Shown in pieces: positions 63,995-64,000 of a stretch of 64,000 nt of DNA. The notes under the pieces are model-generated. The model saw only the letters and a program-made list of their open reading frames with translations, was not told the origin of the DNA and did not search any database. The first letter of the stretch is position 1. Every line of letters begins with the position of its first letter. Position numbers and translations under genes: made by a program. Origin of the DNA: a virus; IMG/VR virus record IMGVR_UViG_3300000530_000014, positions 4,968 to 68,967 of that record. One strand, 5' to 3'.

Positions 63995-64000
63995 TTTAAC

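Noticed and set aside
1-64000. tRNA, rRNA or tmRNA genes
   Set aside because: No cloverleaf with T-loop GTTCRA and CCA end recognised in the few intergenic gaps; tRNAscan-SE would be needed to exclude fully
15330-64000. Stop-codon reassignment (TAG frequent in segment B)
   Set aside because: Conserved genes (ClpA, PhoH, RFC, DnaJ) are full length in code 11 and TAG stops fall at expected C-termini

Overview
All-phage, gene-dense window, almost entirely on the minus strand, that reads as two different large dsDNA phage genomes joined near 15.33-15.36 kb. Segment A (1 to ~15.3 kb, very AT-rich) is T4-like. It carries a CobT-like peptidase/vWA protein, RNase H, a GIY-YIG protein, nrdB, nrdA, a MazG-like protein, thyX, gp61 primase, a holin/GH19 endolysin/spanin cassette and head-internal proteins. 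Segment B (~15.35-64 kb, visibly more GC-balanced) looks like a large myovirus of a Gram-negative, probably proteobacterial, host. It carries GVAEG-repeat head proteins, ClpA, DnaJ, GroES, a second homologous lysis cassette, PhoH, a radical SAM protein, an RFC-like clamp loader, an MBD4-like glycosylase, a stand-alone N-terminal DnaE piece, MazG, tail/virion proteins, ErpA, SOD, IF-1, an OlsB-like acyltransferase and many small paralogues. The strongest candidate for an undescribed system is a ~10 kb biosynthesis-like cluster (29.9-40.1 kb). It encodes a diiron ferritin-like enzyme, a methyltransferase, a class I glutamine amidotransferase, four sulfotransferase/P-loop-like proteins, two 2OG-Fe(II)-like oxygenases, two PP-loop ATP pyrophosphatases, DUF2061 and a signal-peptide-less TRAP solute-binding protein behind a structured leader. 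Segment B also repeatedly places TAAATA late-promoter motifs inside hairpins that bury the RBS or start codon. I recognised no CRISPR array, tRNA or rRNA. All protein calls come from motif recognition by eye, with no database searches.
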